A DNA stretch of 64,000 nt. Origin: Raillietiella orientalis (lineage: Eukaryota). Shown one piece after another: positions 63,991 through 64,000 of the stretch. Every line of letters begins with the position of its first letter. Positions within the stretch are counted from its first letter, which is position 1. The notes below the pieces were generated by a model. It saw only the letters and a program-made list of their open reading frames with translations. It made no database searches and was not told the DNA's origin. The DNA lies in assembly GCA_036172245.1 (NCBI GenBank), contig JAYWIR010000007.1:2914001-2978000 (forward strand), in the 5' to 3' direction. Position numbers and translations under genes: made by a program.

Positions 63991-64000
63991 TTCTGTGCCA

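Overview
Eukaryotic (animal, probably arthropod; inferred) genomic DNA with no prokaryotic features. One clear protein-coding gene is present: a ZNF341 orthologue on the minus strand (10621-12337). It has at least five exons, introns of only about 38-60 bp, and lies in an AT-rich, CpG-depleted block. That block sits between two ~1.3-1.4 kb inverted-repeat arms (1-1380 and 19111-20535; core ~99% identical; the left arm runs off the window). Most of 2.7-41 kb and 57-64 kb is a graveyard of heavily decayed transposons: L1/Tx1-like and CR1-like LINEs, possible Penelope and MULE fragments, and three tandem Ty3/Gypsy pol remnants. These were recognised by eye from degenerate motifs only. A GC/CpG-rich domain starts near 41.3 kb. 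It carries a short + strand exon (MRTPPARRRRRKQTHPKPLK + phase-1 GTAAGT donor) matching the RRKQxxP NuRD-binding N-terminus of FOG/U-shaped- and ZNF423-type factors, followed by dense homotypic GATA-site clusters (13 GATA cores in ~260 bp at 45.8-46.06 kb). Together these suggest the first exon and regulatory first intron of a Friend-of-GATA (u-shaped-like) gene. Two independent repeat pairs show near-identical cores with diverged flanks, suggesting ectopic gene conversion or a polishing artefact. Most ORFs in the supplied track are spurious. I could not identify a clearly novel biological system; the items below are the best leads.
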